From Alphaproteobacteria bacterium (GTDB taxonomy: Bacteria > Pseudomonadota > Alphaproteobacteria > UBA828), in assembly GCA_022826665.1 (NCBI GenBank), contig JAJDUK010000047.1:137442-201441 (forward strand): a stretch of 64,000 nucleotides of DNA, read 5' to 3'. Shown piece after piece: positions 50,993 to 62,341 of the stretch (positions are counted from its first letter, which is position 1; each line of letters starts with the position of its first letter). The position numbers and the translations under genes were made by a program. The notes under the pieces were generated by a model. It saw only the letters and a program-made list of their open reading frames with translations, had not been told where the DNA came from and searched no databases.

Positions 50993-53596
50993 ATGGATTT
51001 CGACAAGTTTACCGAGCGTTCGCGCGGGTTCGTGCAAGCGGCTCAAGGCCTTGCAGCCGCGCGCGGGCACCAGCGCTTCGCGCCCGAGCATCTGCTTAAG
51101 GTCCTGCTCGATGACGGAGAGGGCCTCGCCGCCAATCTCATCCGCGCCGCCGGCGGAAGGCCGGAAGAAGCGCTGGAGAAGATCGAGGCTGCGCTCGACG
51201 CGCTGCCCAGGGTCGAAGGTGACGGCGCCGGCCAGATCTACCTCGCGCCGGAGACGGCACGGCTCTTCGATTCCGCTCTCGACATCGCGAAGAAGGCGGG
51301 CGACAGCTACGTCACCGCCGAGCGCTTGCTGCTGGCGCTCGCGCTCGCCAAGGGGACGCGCGCCGCGCGCATCCTTGGCGATGCCGGCGTCAGCCCGCAA
51401 ACGCTGAACGCCGCCATCAACGACCTGCGCAAGGGGCGGACGGCGGACAGCGCCTCCGCCGAATCCGGCTACGACGCGCTCAGGAAGTACGCGCGCGACC
51501 TGACCGAAGCGGCGCGCGGCGGCACGGTCGATCCGGTCATCGGCCGGGACGAGGAAATCCGCCGCATCATGCAGGTGCTCTCGCGGCGCACGAAAAACAA
51601 CCCCGTCATCATCGGCGAGCCCGGCGTCGGCAAGACGGCGATCGTCGAAGGCCTCGCCCAGCGGATCGTCAATGGCGACGTGCCCGAATCGCTGCGGGAC
51701 AAACGGCTGCTGGCGCTCGATCTCGGCGCCATGGTGGCCGGTGCCAAGTTCCGCGGCGAGTTCGAGGAGCGCCTGAAGGCGGCGCTGACCGAGGTCAACG
51801 CGGCGGCCGGCGAGATCGTCATGTTCATCGACGAGCTGCACACGCTGGTGGGCGCAGGGGCGGCCGAAGGCGCGATGGATGCCTCCAACCTGCTCAAGCC
51901 CGCCCTCGCCAGGGGGGAGCTGCACTGCGTCGGCGCGACCACGCTGGACGAATACCGCAAGCACGTGGAGAAGGACGCGGGGCTGGCGCGGCGCTTCCAG
52001 CCCGTCTACGTGTCCGAGCCCACCGTGGAGGACACGGTCTCGATCCTGCGTGGCCTCAAGGAGAAGTACGAGGTCCATCACGGCGTCGCCATCACCGATA
52101 ACGCCATCGTCGCGGCGGCCACGCTCTCCAACCGCTATATCACTGACCGGTTCCTGCCCGACAAGGCCATCGATTTGGTCGACGAGGCGGCGAGCAGACT
52201 TCGCATGGAGATCGATTCCAAGCCCGAGGAGCTCGACGAGCTCGACCGGCGCATCATCCAGGTCAAAATCGAGTGCGAGGCGCTCAAGAAGGAGACCGAC
52301 GATCGCTCGCGCGACCGGCTCGAAGCGCTCGGCGAGGAGCTTGCCGCGCTGGAAAAGAGCTCGGCCGATCAGACGGCGGTCTGGCGTGCCGAGAAGGAGC
52401 GGCTCGCCGGCGGACAACGGATCAAGGAGCAGCTCGATGCCACCCGGAGCGCGCTCGAGGTTGCGCAGCGGAATGGCGACCTCGCCCGCGCCGGCGAACT
52501 CGCCTACGGGGTCATTCCTGACCTCGAGCGGAAGCTTGGCGGACTCGAGAACGCGGACCACGAGCCGCTCCTCGACGAGGCGGTGAAACAGTCCCACATC
52601 GCTGGCGTGGTCTCGCGCTGGACCGGCATCCCGGTGGACAAGATGCTGGAAGGCGAGCGCGAGAGGCTGCTCCACATGGAGCGCTCGCTAAGTGAGCGTG
52701 TGGTGGGTCAAGAGGAGGCGGTGGTCGCCGTGAGCAACGCCGTCCGCCGCGCCCGCGCCGGCTTGCAGGACGCGAACCGTCCCACAGGGTCGTTCTTCTT
52801 CCTCGGTCCCACCGGGGTGGGCAAGACCGAGCTCGCGAAGACCCTGGCGGCGTTTCTCTTCGACGACGAGGCGGCGATGATCCGCATCGACATGTCGGAG
52901 TACATGGAGAAGCACGCAGTCGCCCGCCTGATCGGCGCCCCGCCCGGCTATGTCGGCTACGACGAAGGCGGCGCGCTGACCGAGGCGGTGCGCCGCCGCC
53001 CCTACCAGGTGATTCTCTTCGACGAGATCGAGAAGGCCCACGGCGACGTCTTCAACCTGCTGCTGCAGGTGCTCGACGACGGGCGGCTCACCGATGGGCA
53101 CGGGCGCACGGTCGATTTCCGTAACACCGTGATCATCATGACCTCCAATCTGGGCGGCGAAATCATGACGGCTCGTCCGGAAGGCGAAGACTCGCATGCC
53201 GTTCGCGAGCAGGTCATGGAGCTGGTGCGGTCGCGCTTCCGGCCCGAGTTCCTCAACCGACTGGACGAGATCATCCTCTTTCACCGGTTGGGCCGCGCAC
53301 AGATGGGCACCATTGTGGACATCCAGGTCGCCCAGCTCGCCCAACGACTGAGCGAGCGCAAGATCACGCTGAAGCTCGACAACAAGGCTCGTGACTGGCT
53401 CGGCGACGCGGGCTACGACGCGACTTACGGGGCGCGGCCACTAAAGCGGGTCATTCAGCGTACACTGCAGAACCCGCTGGCTGAGCGCATCATCGAGGGG
53501 AGCCTCCCCGACGACGAGGTCGTTCGGGTCACGGTGGGGCCCGACGGCCTCGAAATCGGGGTTGCACCCCCTGGCCTGTTTATCACTGCCGCGTAG
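50993..53596 (+). CDS. clpB: Chaperone ClpB
   Basis: Two AAA modules ([16 protein letters not shown]), coiled-coil M domain, GAPPGYVGY. Confidence 0.97.
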   Translation: MDFDKFTERSRGFVQAAQGLAAARGHQRFAPEHLLKVLLDDGEGLAANLIRAAGGRPEEALEKIEAALDALPRVEGDGAGQIYLAPETARLFDSALDIAKKAGDSYVTAERLLLALALAKGTRAARILGDAGVSPQTLNAAINDLRKGRTADSASAESGYDALRKYARDLTEAARGGTVDPVIGRDEEIRRIMQVLSRRTKNNPVIIGEPGVGKTAIVEGLAQRIVNGDVPESLRDKRLLALDLGAMVAGAKFRGEFEERLKAALTEVNAAAGEIVMFIDELHTLVGAGAAEGAMDASNLLKPALARGELHCVGATTLDEYRKHVEKDAGLARRFQPVYVSEPTVEDTVSILRGLKEKYEVHHGVAITDNAIVAAATLSNRYITDRFLPDKAIDLVDEAASRLRMEIDSKPEELDELDRRIIQVKIECEALKKETDDRSRDRLEALGEELAALEKSSADQTAVWRAEKERLAGGQRIKEQLDATRSALEVAQRNGDLARAGELAYGVIPDLERKLGGLENADHEPLLDEAVKQSHIAGVVSRWTGIPVDKMLEGERERLLHMERSLSERVVGQEEAVVAVSNAVRRARAGLQDANRPTGSFFFLGPTGVGKTELAKTLAAFLFDDEAAMIRIDMSEYMEKHAVARLIGAPPGYVGYDEGGALTEAVRRRPYQVILFDEIEKAHGDVFNLLLQVLDDGRLTDGHGRTVDFRNTVIIMTSNLGGEIMTARPEGEDSHAVREQVMELVRSRFRPEFLNRLDEIILFHRLGRAQMGTIVDIQVAQLAQRLSERKITLKLDNKARDWLGDAGYDATYGARPLKRVIQRTLQNPLAERIIEGSLPDDEVVRVTVGPDGLEIGVAPPGLFITAA

Positions 53597-53690
53597 CGGG
53601 AGGCGCGGGTCGCGTGCCTTCATTCCCGGGTGGCCAGGAGGATAGTGAGAACGTTGTACGGCCCTGGACGGGCCGACGACCAGGGATGGT

Positions 53691-56684
53691 TTAGCGCTGG
53701 GCGACGCGCGTGACCGCCGGCACCTCGGCGAGCAGGACCATGATCTTCTGCACCTGCGCCTGAAACTCTGCCAACTCGCGGCCCTTCAGCTTGCGGCCGG
53801 AGGGCAGCTTGAGCGTCATTGGGTTGATCCGCTTGTTGCCCACCATCACCTCGTAGTGGAGGTGAGGCCCGGTCGACATCCCGGTGGAGCCAACGTAGCC
53901 GATGACCTGCCCCTGACGCACGCGTTTGCCCCTCTTCATACCCTTCACGAAGCCGCTCAGGTGGGCATAGCCGGTGCTGTAGGTACCGTTGTGCCGGATG
54001 CGGATGTATTTGCCGTAGTTGCCATAGCGGCCGATCATGGAAATCTTGCCGTCGCCTCCGGCGTAAATTGGCGTGCCCGTGGGCGCCGCGAAATCGACCC
54101 CCAGGTGCTTCTTGTTGTAGCCAAGGATCGGGTGTCTGCGCATGCCGTAGGCCGACGAGAGCCGGGCGCCGTTGATCGGCGTGCGCATCAGGGCCTTGCG
54201 CACGCTGGCGCCTTGAGCGTCGATGTAGTCCGCTGGCCCTTCTCCCGGTTCGTAGCGGAAAAGCTCGACCTCACGCTCGCCCACTTCCAGGTTCGCGTAG
54301 AGGATGGGACCATTCTCCACGAACTCGCCCGCCTTGTTGAAGACTGCTTCGTAGAGGACCTCAAACCGGTCGCCTGGTTGGATATCCCACTGGAAGTCCA
54401 CGTCGAAGCTGAAGATGTGCACCATCTCCATGAGCACTTGGTTCGGCATTCCTGCGGCGAGAGCGGAGACATAGAGACTGGAATCGATCGTTCCGACTGT
54501 CCGCTGCAGGACGCGGTCGAGCGGCCTGTCCACCACGCTCGGCAGGAAGATGCCGTCATTGCTGCGGGTCACCACGACGTCGCGATCCGCCGCCACGTCG
54601 AGAGCAAGCGAGGCCAGCCGAGGGGCGCCGTTCGACCCGTTCTCCGGCTCGAACGCCAGGGAGAGCGTCTGGCCCACACGCAGCCGTCGCGGATTGTGTA
54701 CCTTGCGGAAGGCCACGATCGCGGCTTCCGCCTCCTCGCGCGTGCCGCCGGCCCGTGTCAGTGCCTTCGACAGCGTGTCGCCACGGCCAATGACCACCGC
54801 CTTGCGCACCAGGCCGTCGTCTCCGTCGAGCGGGGCGGCGGCGAGATCGCTGAAAGCACCGTTGATGGTGCCCTTGATGACGGGAAGGACAATCCCGTTG
54901 ACGGCACCACTTTGGGGATCCGCCGCGCCTTGCGGCTCAAGGCTGGAAGAGACGGTGGCGATCGGCGCAGCGGCGGCGACGAAGGCGCCGGTCATCACCT
55001 GGCCACGATGGGCCACCCTTGCCCGCTCGCGCTGCGGCTTGTCCTTGGGCGGCGTGGCGACTGTGGCAGTGCGCATGAGCGGGGCGGCCATGAGCCCGAG
55101 CCGATCGACCTCTGCCGCGTCGAAGTAACCGCTCGCGACACGGCTCACCTTGACATAGCGGTCGTCGCCAACCCGCAATGCAACGGCCTTAAGGGTATCG
55201 GCGCCGGTCTCGTCGACGCCGGTGATCAGGGTGATTTCCTGCCCGATGCTGAGCCGCCTGAGGTTGAACAGCTTGCGGGCCGCCTGAATGGCGCGGTCGG
55301 CCTCCACACGGTCGATCCCGTGCCGCCGCAGAATCGCCATGAGCGTATCGCCGGAGCGCACCGTGATGCGTGTTGCGGACGGCGGCAGGGTATCGTCTGG
55401 CGCGGCAGGCGCTGCAATCGGCGTCGTCCGGTCTACCTCGGCGGCGGTGGCCACCGCGCGCGGCAGGGCAGGCGTCGGCGACTCCGTCGTGATGCGACTG
55501 GAGAAACGTCCCTTCTCCTCGCGCTCCACCACGATGTGCCGACCTTTCGGGAGCTCGATGTCGAGCAAAGCGACGCGTGGCTCGAAGCCTTCCACCGGCT
55601 TCTTGGCTACACCCACGGTAACGCCGGCAGGAAGGCGCCGCGGGTTGAACACGCGGCGCAGGCTCCGCACGATGGCGTCCGCCTCGGGTCTGCGCACATC
55701 CGCGTCGAGGAGCAAATCCATCAACGTGCTGCCCGACCGCAAGGTGCGGCTCAGCTCAATGAGCTCAGGCTCGACAGGGTGCTGGGGACCATCGTAGCGC
55801 GCGGTGTCGGCGCTGGTCTGATCGGCGGCCGCAGGAGCGGTGTCGGCAGTCTTGGGTGTGGGCTTTTGCGGTGGCGTTATAGAGACGTCAGCCAGCTGCA
55901 TCGCGGCGTCGTCCGCCGCCGGCGCTGGAGCAAACGTTAACCCTGCGGTGCGGAGCGCGTCGGCAGTGGTGCGGCGTGCGGTGAAACCGCCGCCATCACT
56001 GCGAACGACCGCCACTGCCATGTCGTCGTCGAGGTGCAGCGCAATGCCGCGCAGGAGGGGTGTGCTATTCGCGTCGCGCCCAGCCACGATTGTGAGGGTG
56101 TGGCCTGGCATCAGGTTGCGTGGGTCGAAGGCTGCACGCAGCGCGCTCACGACGGCGTCCACGGTCACGGCGTCAACGCCGTGGCGTTGCAGAATGCCCG
56201 CGATCGTCTGATTGCGCCGCACGGTCACGGTGCGGCCGTCGCGCTCGAACGCCACTTCGGACAGAGGGACGGGCTGAGTGAGCGGAACGGTGGTGCGGCG
56301 CGCCCTGTACCCGCCTTTCTCGGTGCGGGTAGCTTCGACGTATCGACCGGGCCGCGTCTCGACGCTGACCGCAACCGGAATGCGCCGACGCTCGCCCTCC
56401 GCCTTGAACAGGAGCCGCACCTCGCGGCCGACCGACATGCGCCGCAGGTTGGTTTGCTTCTGAAGTGCCTTGCTGATTCGGTCGACGTCGACGGCGCGCA
56501 CGCCGGCCCTAGTAAGCAAGACGGAAAGGCTGTCGCCGCGTCCGAGCTTGAGGGTCTCCAGCTCGGTCTCAACCTCCGCCGCAGCGAGTGCCGTCTGCAT
56601 CGGCGCGGGCAGGACCACGGCAACCGCCGCGATCAGTGCGAGCGCTGCAAGTCGACCCATCCAACGGCGAGACTGGCGATCCAT
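53691..56684 (-). CDS. M23-family metallopeptidase (MepM-like) with five repeated N-terminal modules
   Basis: HLGVD (HxxxD), YAHL, GPHLHYE; N-terminal signal/TM; five LysM/OapA-like modules. Confidence 0.88.
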   Translation of the reverse strand: MDRQSRRWMGRLAALALIAAVAVVLPAPMQTALAAAEVETELETLKLGRGDSLSVLLTRAGVRAVDVDRISKALQKQTNLRRMSVGREVRLLFKAEGERRRIPVAVSVETRPGRYVEATRTEKGGYRARRTTVPLTQPVPLSEVAFERDGRTVTVRRNQTIAGILQRHGVDAVTVDAVVSALRAAFDPRNLMPGHTLTIVAGRDANSTPLLRGIALHLDDDMAVAVVRSDGGGFTARRTTADALRTAGLTFAPAPAADDAAMQLADVSITPPQKPTPKTADTAPAAADQTSADTARYDGPQHPVEPELIELSRTLRSGSTLMDLLLDADVRRPEADAIVRSLRRVFNPRRLPAGVTVGVAKKPVEGFEPRVALLDIELPKGRHIVVEREEKGRFSSRITTESPTPALPRAVATAAEVDRTTPIAAPAAPDDTLPPSATRITVRSGDTLMAILRRHGIDRVEADRAIQAARKLFNLRRLSIGQEITLITGVDETGADTLKAVALRVGDDRYVKVSRVASGYFDAAEVDRLGLMAAPLMRTATVATPPKDKPQRERARVAHRGQVMTGAFVAAAAPIATVSSSLEPQGAADPQSGAVNGIVLPVIKGTINGAFSDLAAAPLDGDDGLVRKAVVIGRGDTLSKALTRAGGTREEAEAAIVAFRKVHNPRRLRVGQTLSLAFEPENGSNGAPRLASLALDVAADRDVVVTRSNDGIFLPSVVDRPLDRVLQRTVGTIDSSLYVSALAAGMPNQVLMEMVHIFSFDVDFQWDIQPGDRFEVLYEAVFNKAGEFVENGPILYANLEVGEREVELFRYEPGEGPADYIDAQGASVRKALMRTPINGARLSSAYGMRRHPILGYNKKHLGVDFAAPTGTPIYAGGDGKISMIGRYGNYGKYIRIRHNGTYSTGYAHLSGFVKGMKRGKRVRQGQVIGYVGSTGMSTGPHLHYEVMVGNKRINPMTLKLPSGRKLKGRELAEFQAQVQKIMVLLAEVPAVTRVAQR

Positions 56685-56868
56685 ACCCCGAATCAATCAG
56701 TGAACCACGCGCGCGCCCTTCGATTCATTGGTCGGAATCGGCAAACGACTACTGACCCTGATGGCGCAAGGGCGTCATGTCAATCATTGCGTGAGCGACA
56801 TGACCCGAAAAATACCTTGCAATTCGGCACGGTATGCCTTGCCGGCACACACTCTAGGTCCAGGCGGC

Positions 56869-57117
56869 CTAGCGCCGACTGTGCGCTCCCGAGCGGCGGT
56901 TTTCACCTGCCGCCGCCGTCTGCAGCCGTGCGATCTCGTCCTTAACCTTGAGCTTTCGACGTTTCAAATGGGTCAGAGACAACCCATCGGGCGCCGGCCG
57001 TCCGGCTTCTTCCTGGATAGCCCGCTCGAGTCCGGCGTGTCTTGCAGCGAGCGTGGCGAGATAGTCGTCGACCCCGATCTCAAAGGCCAGCGCGACAGGG
57101 TCGATCCGCGAGTACAT
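56869..57117 (-). CDS. DUF465 (YdcH-like) small coiled-coil protein
   Basis: L.ARHA.LE..I.EE..RP.PD…LKRRKLKVKDEI; start uncertain. Confidence 0.7.
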   Translation of the reverse strand: MYSRIDPVALAFEIGVDDYLATLAARHAGLERAIQEEAGRPAPDGLSLTHLKRRKLKVKDEIARLQTAAAGENRRSGAHSRR

Positions 57118-57463
57118 CAGTTGGTGGAGCTCACTGGGGCAATCTCGACGGAGGTAATCAGCAAGGCATGCCGGGGCGTCTGCGGGTCTGTCGCTAGTAT
57201 GTCATATCGCATGCGCCGCCGCCACGCCGTATCGCTCATCGAATCGCGTGGAATGGCCGTATGTTATCAATATAGCTATGACTCTTTCGATAGCAGGCAT
57301 GATGGGTGTCGTCAGCTCGGCGATCGGGCGTCGGTGCCCGGACGCAGGAGCCAAGGTTGCCGCGACGCGCTCGGAGCCGACGCGGGAATAGCGGGCGAAA
57401 GGCAGGTAGTCGCGGAATGAGGGGTGGCGGTCGAGCGGCAGACGCAACGCCACGCCGAACGCA

Positions 57464-58501
57464 GTGAACCTTACCGCGTCTCTCGCAGCCGGCGGTGTGG
57501 GCTTCGCGGCGACGGCGGCGTTGACGGGTCTCGTGCGGGCGCTGCTGCGGCGTCATGGTGTCTTGGACCGGCCCAACGAGCGCTCCAGCCATCGGGCCGC
57601 AGTGCCGCGTGGCGGCGGCATCGCCGTTGTCGGCGTCCTGCTTGCGGCATGGCTCGCGCTCTGGTTCACGGACACCTCTGCAGGCAGCGGGACGCTCTTC
57701 TGGGTCGCGCTCGCAGGCGGGCTAGGGCTCGCCGCAGTCTCTTGGCTCGACGACCTAAGCGGTAGCGTCCCTATCTTCGTGCGCCTTGGGGTGCAAGTCG
57801 TGGCGGTCGGCGCCGGGATCGCCTCGCTCCCCGGCGACGGTCTCGTATTTCAAGGCACCGTGCCGGCCCTCGTCGATCACGCGCTGGCGGCGGTGGCTTG
57901 GCTCTGGTTTGTGAACCTGTTCAATTTCATGGACGGGATCGACGGGCTCGGCGGCGCCGAGGGCGCGAGCCTCGGGCTCGGCACGTTCCTGCTGGCGCTG
58001 CTGGGGGCCGCGCCGACGTGGCTCGGGCCACTCGGGCTGACGCTCGCCGGCGTATCGCTCGGCTTTCTGTTCTGGAACTGGCACCCCGCTAGGATCTTTC
58101 TCGGCGATGTGGGGAGCGTGCCGCTCGGGTACTTGGCCGGTTGGCTCCTGCTGGCGTTGGCGGCAGCGGACGCATGGCAGGCGGCACTGCTGCTGCCGGC
58201 CTACTATATCGCGGACGCGACGTTCACGTTGGTTCGTCGCCTGCTGCGCGGCCGGCGCGTGTGGCAGGCGCACCGCGAGCATTTCTATCAGCGGGTGGTG
58301 GCGGCCGGCTGGAGCCACGGTCGCACTGCCGCACTGATCGCCGGCCATAATCTGCTGCTCGTGGGGCTTGCGGTCGCCTCCCAGCGGGGCTCGGCCGCAG
58401 CTGCGGCGTCGCTCGTGGCGGGGGCGATGCTCGTCGTGGCGCTGCTGTGGTATCTTCACGTTGCCGCTCGAGCATCACGCGGCGCATCGGGGCAGAGCTG
58501 A
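57464..58501 (+). CDS. Glycosyltransferase family 4 (WbpL/WecA-like polyprenyl-phosphate sugar-1-P transferase)
   Basis: DRPNERSSH, PRGGG, WLDD, NLFNFMDGIDG, FLGDVGS, HREHFYQ. Confidence 0.9.
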   Translation: MNLTASLAAGGVGFAATAALTGLVRALLRRHGVLDRPNERSSHRAAVPRGGGIAVVGVLLAAWLALWFTDTSAGSGTLFWVALAGGLGLAAVSWLDDLSGSVPIFVRLGVQVVAVGAGIASLPGDGLVFQGTVPALVDHALAAVAWLWFVNLFNFMDGIDGLGGAEGASLGLGTFLLALLGAAPTWLGPLGLTLAGVSLGFLFWNWHPARIFLGDVGSVPLGYLAGWLLLALAAADAWQAALLLPAYYIADATFTLVRRLLRGRRVWQAHREHFYQRVVAAGWSHGRTAALIAGHNLLLVGLAVASQRGSAAAAASLVAGAMLVVALLWYLHVAARASRGASGQS

Positions 58502-58518
58502 TCGTCAAACGCGCGTAC

Positions 58519-59769
58519 ATGGTGGCGACCCGTGATGTGGCCATGGCAGGCGCGTCGTTCGCGCGCGCCCTGCTGCCCCGTTGCAGGCTCGGTAGCGTGT
58601 CGCGGGGCGGCGCCGGTGTCGACCGCGACATCGATGTGCGGCCGCTTCGTCCCGAAAACCTGCTCGGTCGCCCGGAGGCCGCGCCCGATCGCACTGCCAT
58701 GCGCGCCCTGGTCAACGGCAGGCGGGTCTGCATCACTGGCGCCGGCGGCACCATCGGCGCCGAACTCGCACGGCAAATTGCTCAATACGGGCCTGCACAC
58801 CTCACCCTGATCGATAACGCCGAGTACAACCTCTACCGGATCAATCTTGAGCTTGAGGAGGCGCAACCGGGGCTCTCGTGCAGCGCCGTGCTCGGCGACG
58901 TGCGGGACAGTGACAGCGTGGCTTACACCCTCGCCTACGCCCGCCCCGAGCTGGTCTTCCACGCGGCGGCGCTCAAGCACGTGCACATGGTCGAGACCAA
59001 TCCGGACGAGGGGGTGCTCACCAATGTCGTGGGCACGCGTAACGTGGCGGATGCCTGCATCTCGATCGGCGCCCGAGCGATGGTGCTGGTATCGACCGAC
59101 AAATCGGTCGATCCCACGAGCGTCATGGGCGCGACAAAGCGCATCGCCGAGAGCTATTGCCAGGCGCTTGCCGATGCGCCGGCGGCCGGCCACTTGCGGC
59201 TGGTGACGGTGCGCTTCGGCAACGTGATCGGCTCCTCCGGATCGGTGGTGCCGCGCTTCCAGCGCCAGATCGCTGCCGGTGGGCCGGTCACCGTCACCGA
59301 CTCCAACGCCGTGCGCTACTTCATGACGACGCGGGAGGCGGTGCAGCTCCTGCTTCAGGCGTCGGCACTCGGTGCGAGAGAGGAGGGCGGCGGCATCTAC
59401 GCGCTCGACATGGGCAAGCCCATCAGGATCGTCGATCTGGCGCGGCGTATGATCCGCCTCGCCGGGCTAACCCCCGATAGAGATATCGAAATCGTTTACA
59501 CCGGACTGCGTCCAGGTGAGAAGAAGGGCGAGAGCCTGTTCCATCGGGCCGAGCCCATGGTCGTCACCGAGACGCCCGGTATTCTCAGGGCGCGGTCGCG
59601 TCCCGCCGACATCGCCTTCATGCGGCGCCGGCTCGATCAGCTCGCGGCCGCGGCGCGCGACCGACGCACGCGCGACACGCTGGCGATGGTGGCGGCGATG
59701 GTGCCCGAGTACGAGCCGAGCGACGACGCGCTCTCGGCAACGCCTGCTGTATCCGGGCTCGCCCTTTAG
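58519..59769 (+). CDS. Nucleoside-diphosphate sugar 4,6-dehydratase (PglF/WbpM/CapD-like), N-terminal region shortened
   Basis: [20 protein letters not shown]…MGATKR, VRFGNV, GLRPGEK; no membrane domain. Confidence 0.8.
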   Translation: MVATRDVAMAGASFARALLPRCRLGSVSRGGAGVDRDIDVRPLRPENLLGRPEAAPDRTAMRALVNGRRVCITGAGGTIGAELARQIAQYGPAHLTLIDNAEYNLYRINLELEEAQPGLSCSAVLGDVRDSDSVAYTLAYARPELVFHAAALKHVHMVETNPDEGVLTNVVGTRNVADACISIGARAMVLVSTDKSVDPTSVMGATKRIAESYCQALADAPAAGHLRLVTVRFGNVIGSSGSVVPRFQRQIAAGGPVTVTDSNAVRYFMTTREAVQLLLQASALGAREEGGGIYALDMGKPIRIVDLARRMIRLAGLTPDRDIEIVYTGLRPGEKKGESLFHRAEPMVVTETPGILRARSRPADIAFMRRRLDQLAAAARDRRTRDTLAMVAAMVPEYEPSDDALSATPAVSGLAL

Positions 59770-59800
59770 CCGGCCGCAACGCCCCAGCAGGAGTCACTCG

Positions 59801-61390
59801 ATGCCCGACAGCCCAGGCCGGCCCATTGCCCGTGCGCTGATATCGGTTTCGGACAAGACAGGCCTGGAGCCGTTCGCCGCCGCGCTCACGCGCCATGGCG
59901 TCGCCATCCTTTCCACCGGCGGCACCGCACGGGCCCTGCGCGACGCCGGCATCGCCGTCACCGACGTCTCGGAGCACACGGGTTTTCCGGAGATCATGGA
60001 CGGCCGGGTCAAGACCCTGCACCCGACGATCCACGGCGGCATCCTCGCCCGCAGGAGCGACGCCGGCCATTGCGCGGCGCTGAAGGCGCACGGCATCGCG
60101 GGCATCGACCTGGTCGCGGTCAACCTCTATCCCTTCGAAGAGGCGGTGCGGCAGCGCGCCGCACTCGATCAGTGCATCGAGACCATCGATATCGGCGGCC
60201 CGGCGATGATCCGGGCGGCGGCCAAGAACCATGAGGACGTGACGGTGGTGGTCCAGCCCTCGGACTACGCGGCGGTCATGGAGGAGATGGAGACGATGGG
60301 CGGCGCCACCAGCCTCGGCTTGCGCCGGCGCCTGGCTGCGACGGCGTTCGCGCGCACGGCAGCCTACGACGCCGCCATCGCCCGCCGGCTCGCGGCCGAG
60401 AGTGACGGCGACCCGCTGCCGCCCCGCTTTGTGTTGGGTGGTTCGCGGAGCAGGCTGCTGCGCTACGGTGAGAACCCCCACCAGGCCGCCGCTCTCTACG
60501 TCGACCCCACGGCCCCGCCGGGCGTCGCCCAGGCCACGCTGATCCAGGGCAAGGAGCCGAGCTACAACAACCTGGCCGATGCCGACGCGGCGTATGGGCT
60601 GGTGCGCGAGTTCGGCCCGCCCGCCATCGCCATCATCAAGCACAACAGCCCTTGCGGCGTCGCCGTCTGTGGCACCCTCGCCGGGGCATACGAGAAGGCG
60701 CGGGCGTGCGATCCGGTGAGTGCCTTCGGCGGTGTGGTTGCGGCCAATCGGCCGCTCGACGGCGCGACCGCACGAACCATCGCCGGTCTCTTCACCGAGG
60801 TCGTGGTGGCGCCAGACGCGGACGACGAAGCGCGCGCCGCTCTCGCGGCGAGGAGCGGCCTGCGCCTCCTGCTTACCGGCGCAGGTGCCGATGACAGCAG
60901 CGAACGGCTGATGGTCCGCACCCTCGACGACGGCTTCCTGGTGCAGACGCTGGATACCGCGCGGGTAACGGCGGAGGAGCTCAAGACCGTGACCAAGCGT
61001 GCGCCCACGGAACAGGAGCGCGCGGACCTGCTGTTCGCGTTCACGGTGGCCAAGCACGTGAAGTCGAACGCCATCGTCTACGCCAAGGAGGGTGCGACGG
61101 TCGGCATCGGCGCAGGCCAGATGAGCCGCGTCGACTCCTCTCGGATCGCGGCGCAGAAGGCGGCGGACGCGTCTGCCGCCGCCGGCGAGGCCCGCTCCAG
61201 GGCGGAAGGCTGCGTGGTGGCATCCGACGCGTTCTTTCCCTTTGCGGACGGGCTCTTGGCCGCCGCTGCGGCCGGCGCCACTGCCGTAATCCAGCCGGGC
61301 GGGTCGAAACGGGACGACGAGGTGATCGCGGCGGCGGACGAGCAGGGCCTTGCCATGGTCTTCACCGGCCTCCGTCACTTCCGCCATTAG
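59801..61390 (+). CDS. purH: Bifunctional AICAR transformylase/IMP cyclohydrolase
   Basis: [42 protein letters not shown]-terminal RHFRH. Confidence 0.97.
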   Translation: MPDSPGRPIARALISVSDKTGLEPFAAALTRHGVAILSTGGTARALRDAGIAVTDVSEHTGFPEIMDGRVKTLHPTIHGGILARRSDAGHCAALKAHGIAGIDLVAVNLYPFEEAVRQRAALDQCIETIDIGGPAMIRAAAKNHEDVTVVVQPSDYAAVMEEMETMGGATSLGLRRRLAATAFARTAAYDAAIARRLAAESDGDPLPPRFVLGGSRSRLLRYGENPHQAAALYVDPTAPPGVAQATLIQGKEPSYNNLADADAAYGLVREFGPPAIAIIKHNSPCGVAVCGTLAGAYEKARACDPVSAFGGVVAANRPLDGATARTIAGLFTEVVVAPDADDEARAALAARSGLRLLLTGAGADDSSERLMVRTLDDGFLVQTLDTARVTAEELKTVTKRAPTEQERADLLFAFTVAKHVKSNAIVYAKEGATVGIGAGQMSRVDSSRIAAQKAADASAAAGEARSRAEGCVVASDAFFPFADGLLAAAAAGATAVIQPGGSKRDDEVIAAADEQGLAMVFTGLRHFRH

Positions 61391-61402
61391 GGAAGCGCGT
61401 CG

Positions 61403-62341
61403 ATGATCGTCGTCTTCGGCTCGATCAACGCCGATCTCGTGTTCGCCGTCGATGCCCTGCCGCGCGCGGGCGAGACGGTGCTCTGCCCCGACCACCAAGC
61501 TGCGGCCGGCGGCAAGGGCCTCAATCAGGCGGTCGCCACCGTCCGGGCCGCGACGGACCCGACGACCTCCGTGCAGATGGTCGGCCGCGTCGGCCCCGAC
61601 GGCTTTGCCTCGCTCTCACTCGCGGCCCTGGAGGACGCAGGAGTCGGCACCGAGGCGATCACCGAGAGCGCACTGCCGACCGGCTGCGCCGCGGTGATCG
61701 TGGACCGTGTGGGCGAAAACCAGATCACCGTGGCGAGCGGTGCCAACATGGACCTGCCGCCCGAGGATTTGCCCGAGGAATGGCTTGGGCCGGAGACGGT
61801 GCTGGTACTGCAGATGGAGGTCCCGCCGGAGTCGAACTGGGCGGTCGCCCGGCGGGCCAAGGCACGGGGCGCCCGGGTCGTGCTCAATCTGGCCCCGGCC
61901 AACACCGTACCGGCCGAGCTGATTCCGTCGTTCGATCTTGTGGTGTTCAACGAAATCGAGGCCGAGATGCTCGCCCGTGCGCGGGCGCTCGATGACGCCG
62001 CTGGCGAGGACGCTGCCCGCGCCATTACCGCGCGCTACGGCGTGACAACGGTGGTGAGCCTCGGCAGCGCCGGCGCCGCCGCCTTCACGCCTGACGAGGC
62101 CTGGCGCTGCGGCGCACTCGCGATCGAACCCGTGGACACGGTGGGGGCGGGCGATGCCTTCGTCGCCGGCCTCGCACTCGGGCTTGAAGCGGGGGCGACA
62201 CTGCCCGCAATGCTGCAACGGGCGAGCATCATGGGTGGCCTCGCCTGCTTGCGTGAGGGCGCGGCGCCTGCGATGCCGTCCGCAGCCGAGATCGAGGCGC
62301 GGCTCGGCGACCTTCCGCCAGCGCAGCCTATCCCGTTATGA
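61403..62341 (+). CDS. rbsK: Ribokinase (PfkB family)
   Basis: GSINAD, GGKGLNQA, GEN.I, NEIE, DTVGAGD. Confidence 0.85.
   Translation: MIVVFGSINADLVFAVDALPRAGETVLCPDHQAAAGGKGLNQAVATVRAATDPTTSVQMVGRVGPDGFASLSLAALEDAGVGTEAITESALPTGCAAVIVDRVGENQITVASGANMDLPPEDLPEEWLGPETVLVLQMEVPPESNWAVARRAKARGARVVLNLAPANTVPAELIPSFDLVVFNEIEAEMLARARALDDAAGEDAARAITARYGVTTVVSLGSAGAAAFTPDEAWRCGALAIEPVDTVGAGDAFVAGLALGLEAGATLPAMLQRASIMGGLACLREGAAPAMPSAAEIEARLGDLPPAQPIPL

Noticed and set aside
57118-57463. Possible ncRNA or tRNA in this gap (also 50069-50284 and 50735-50992)
   Set aside because: No cloverleaf, recognisable riboswitch or convincing stems by eye.
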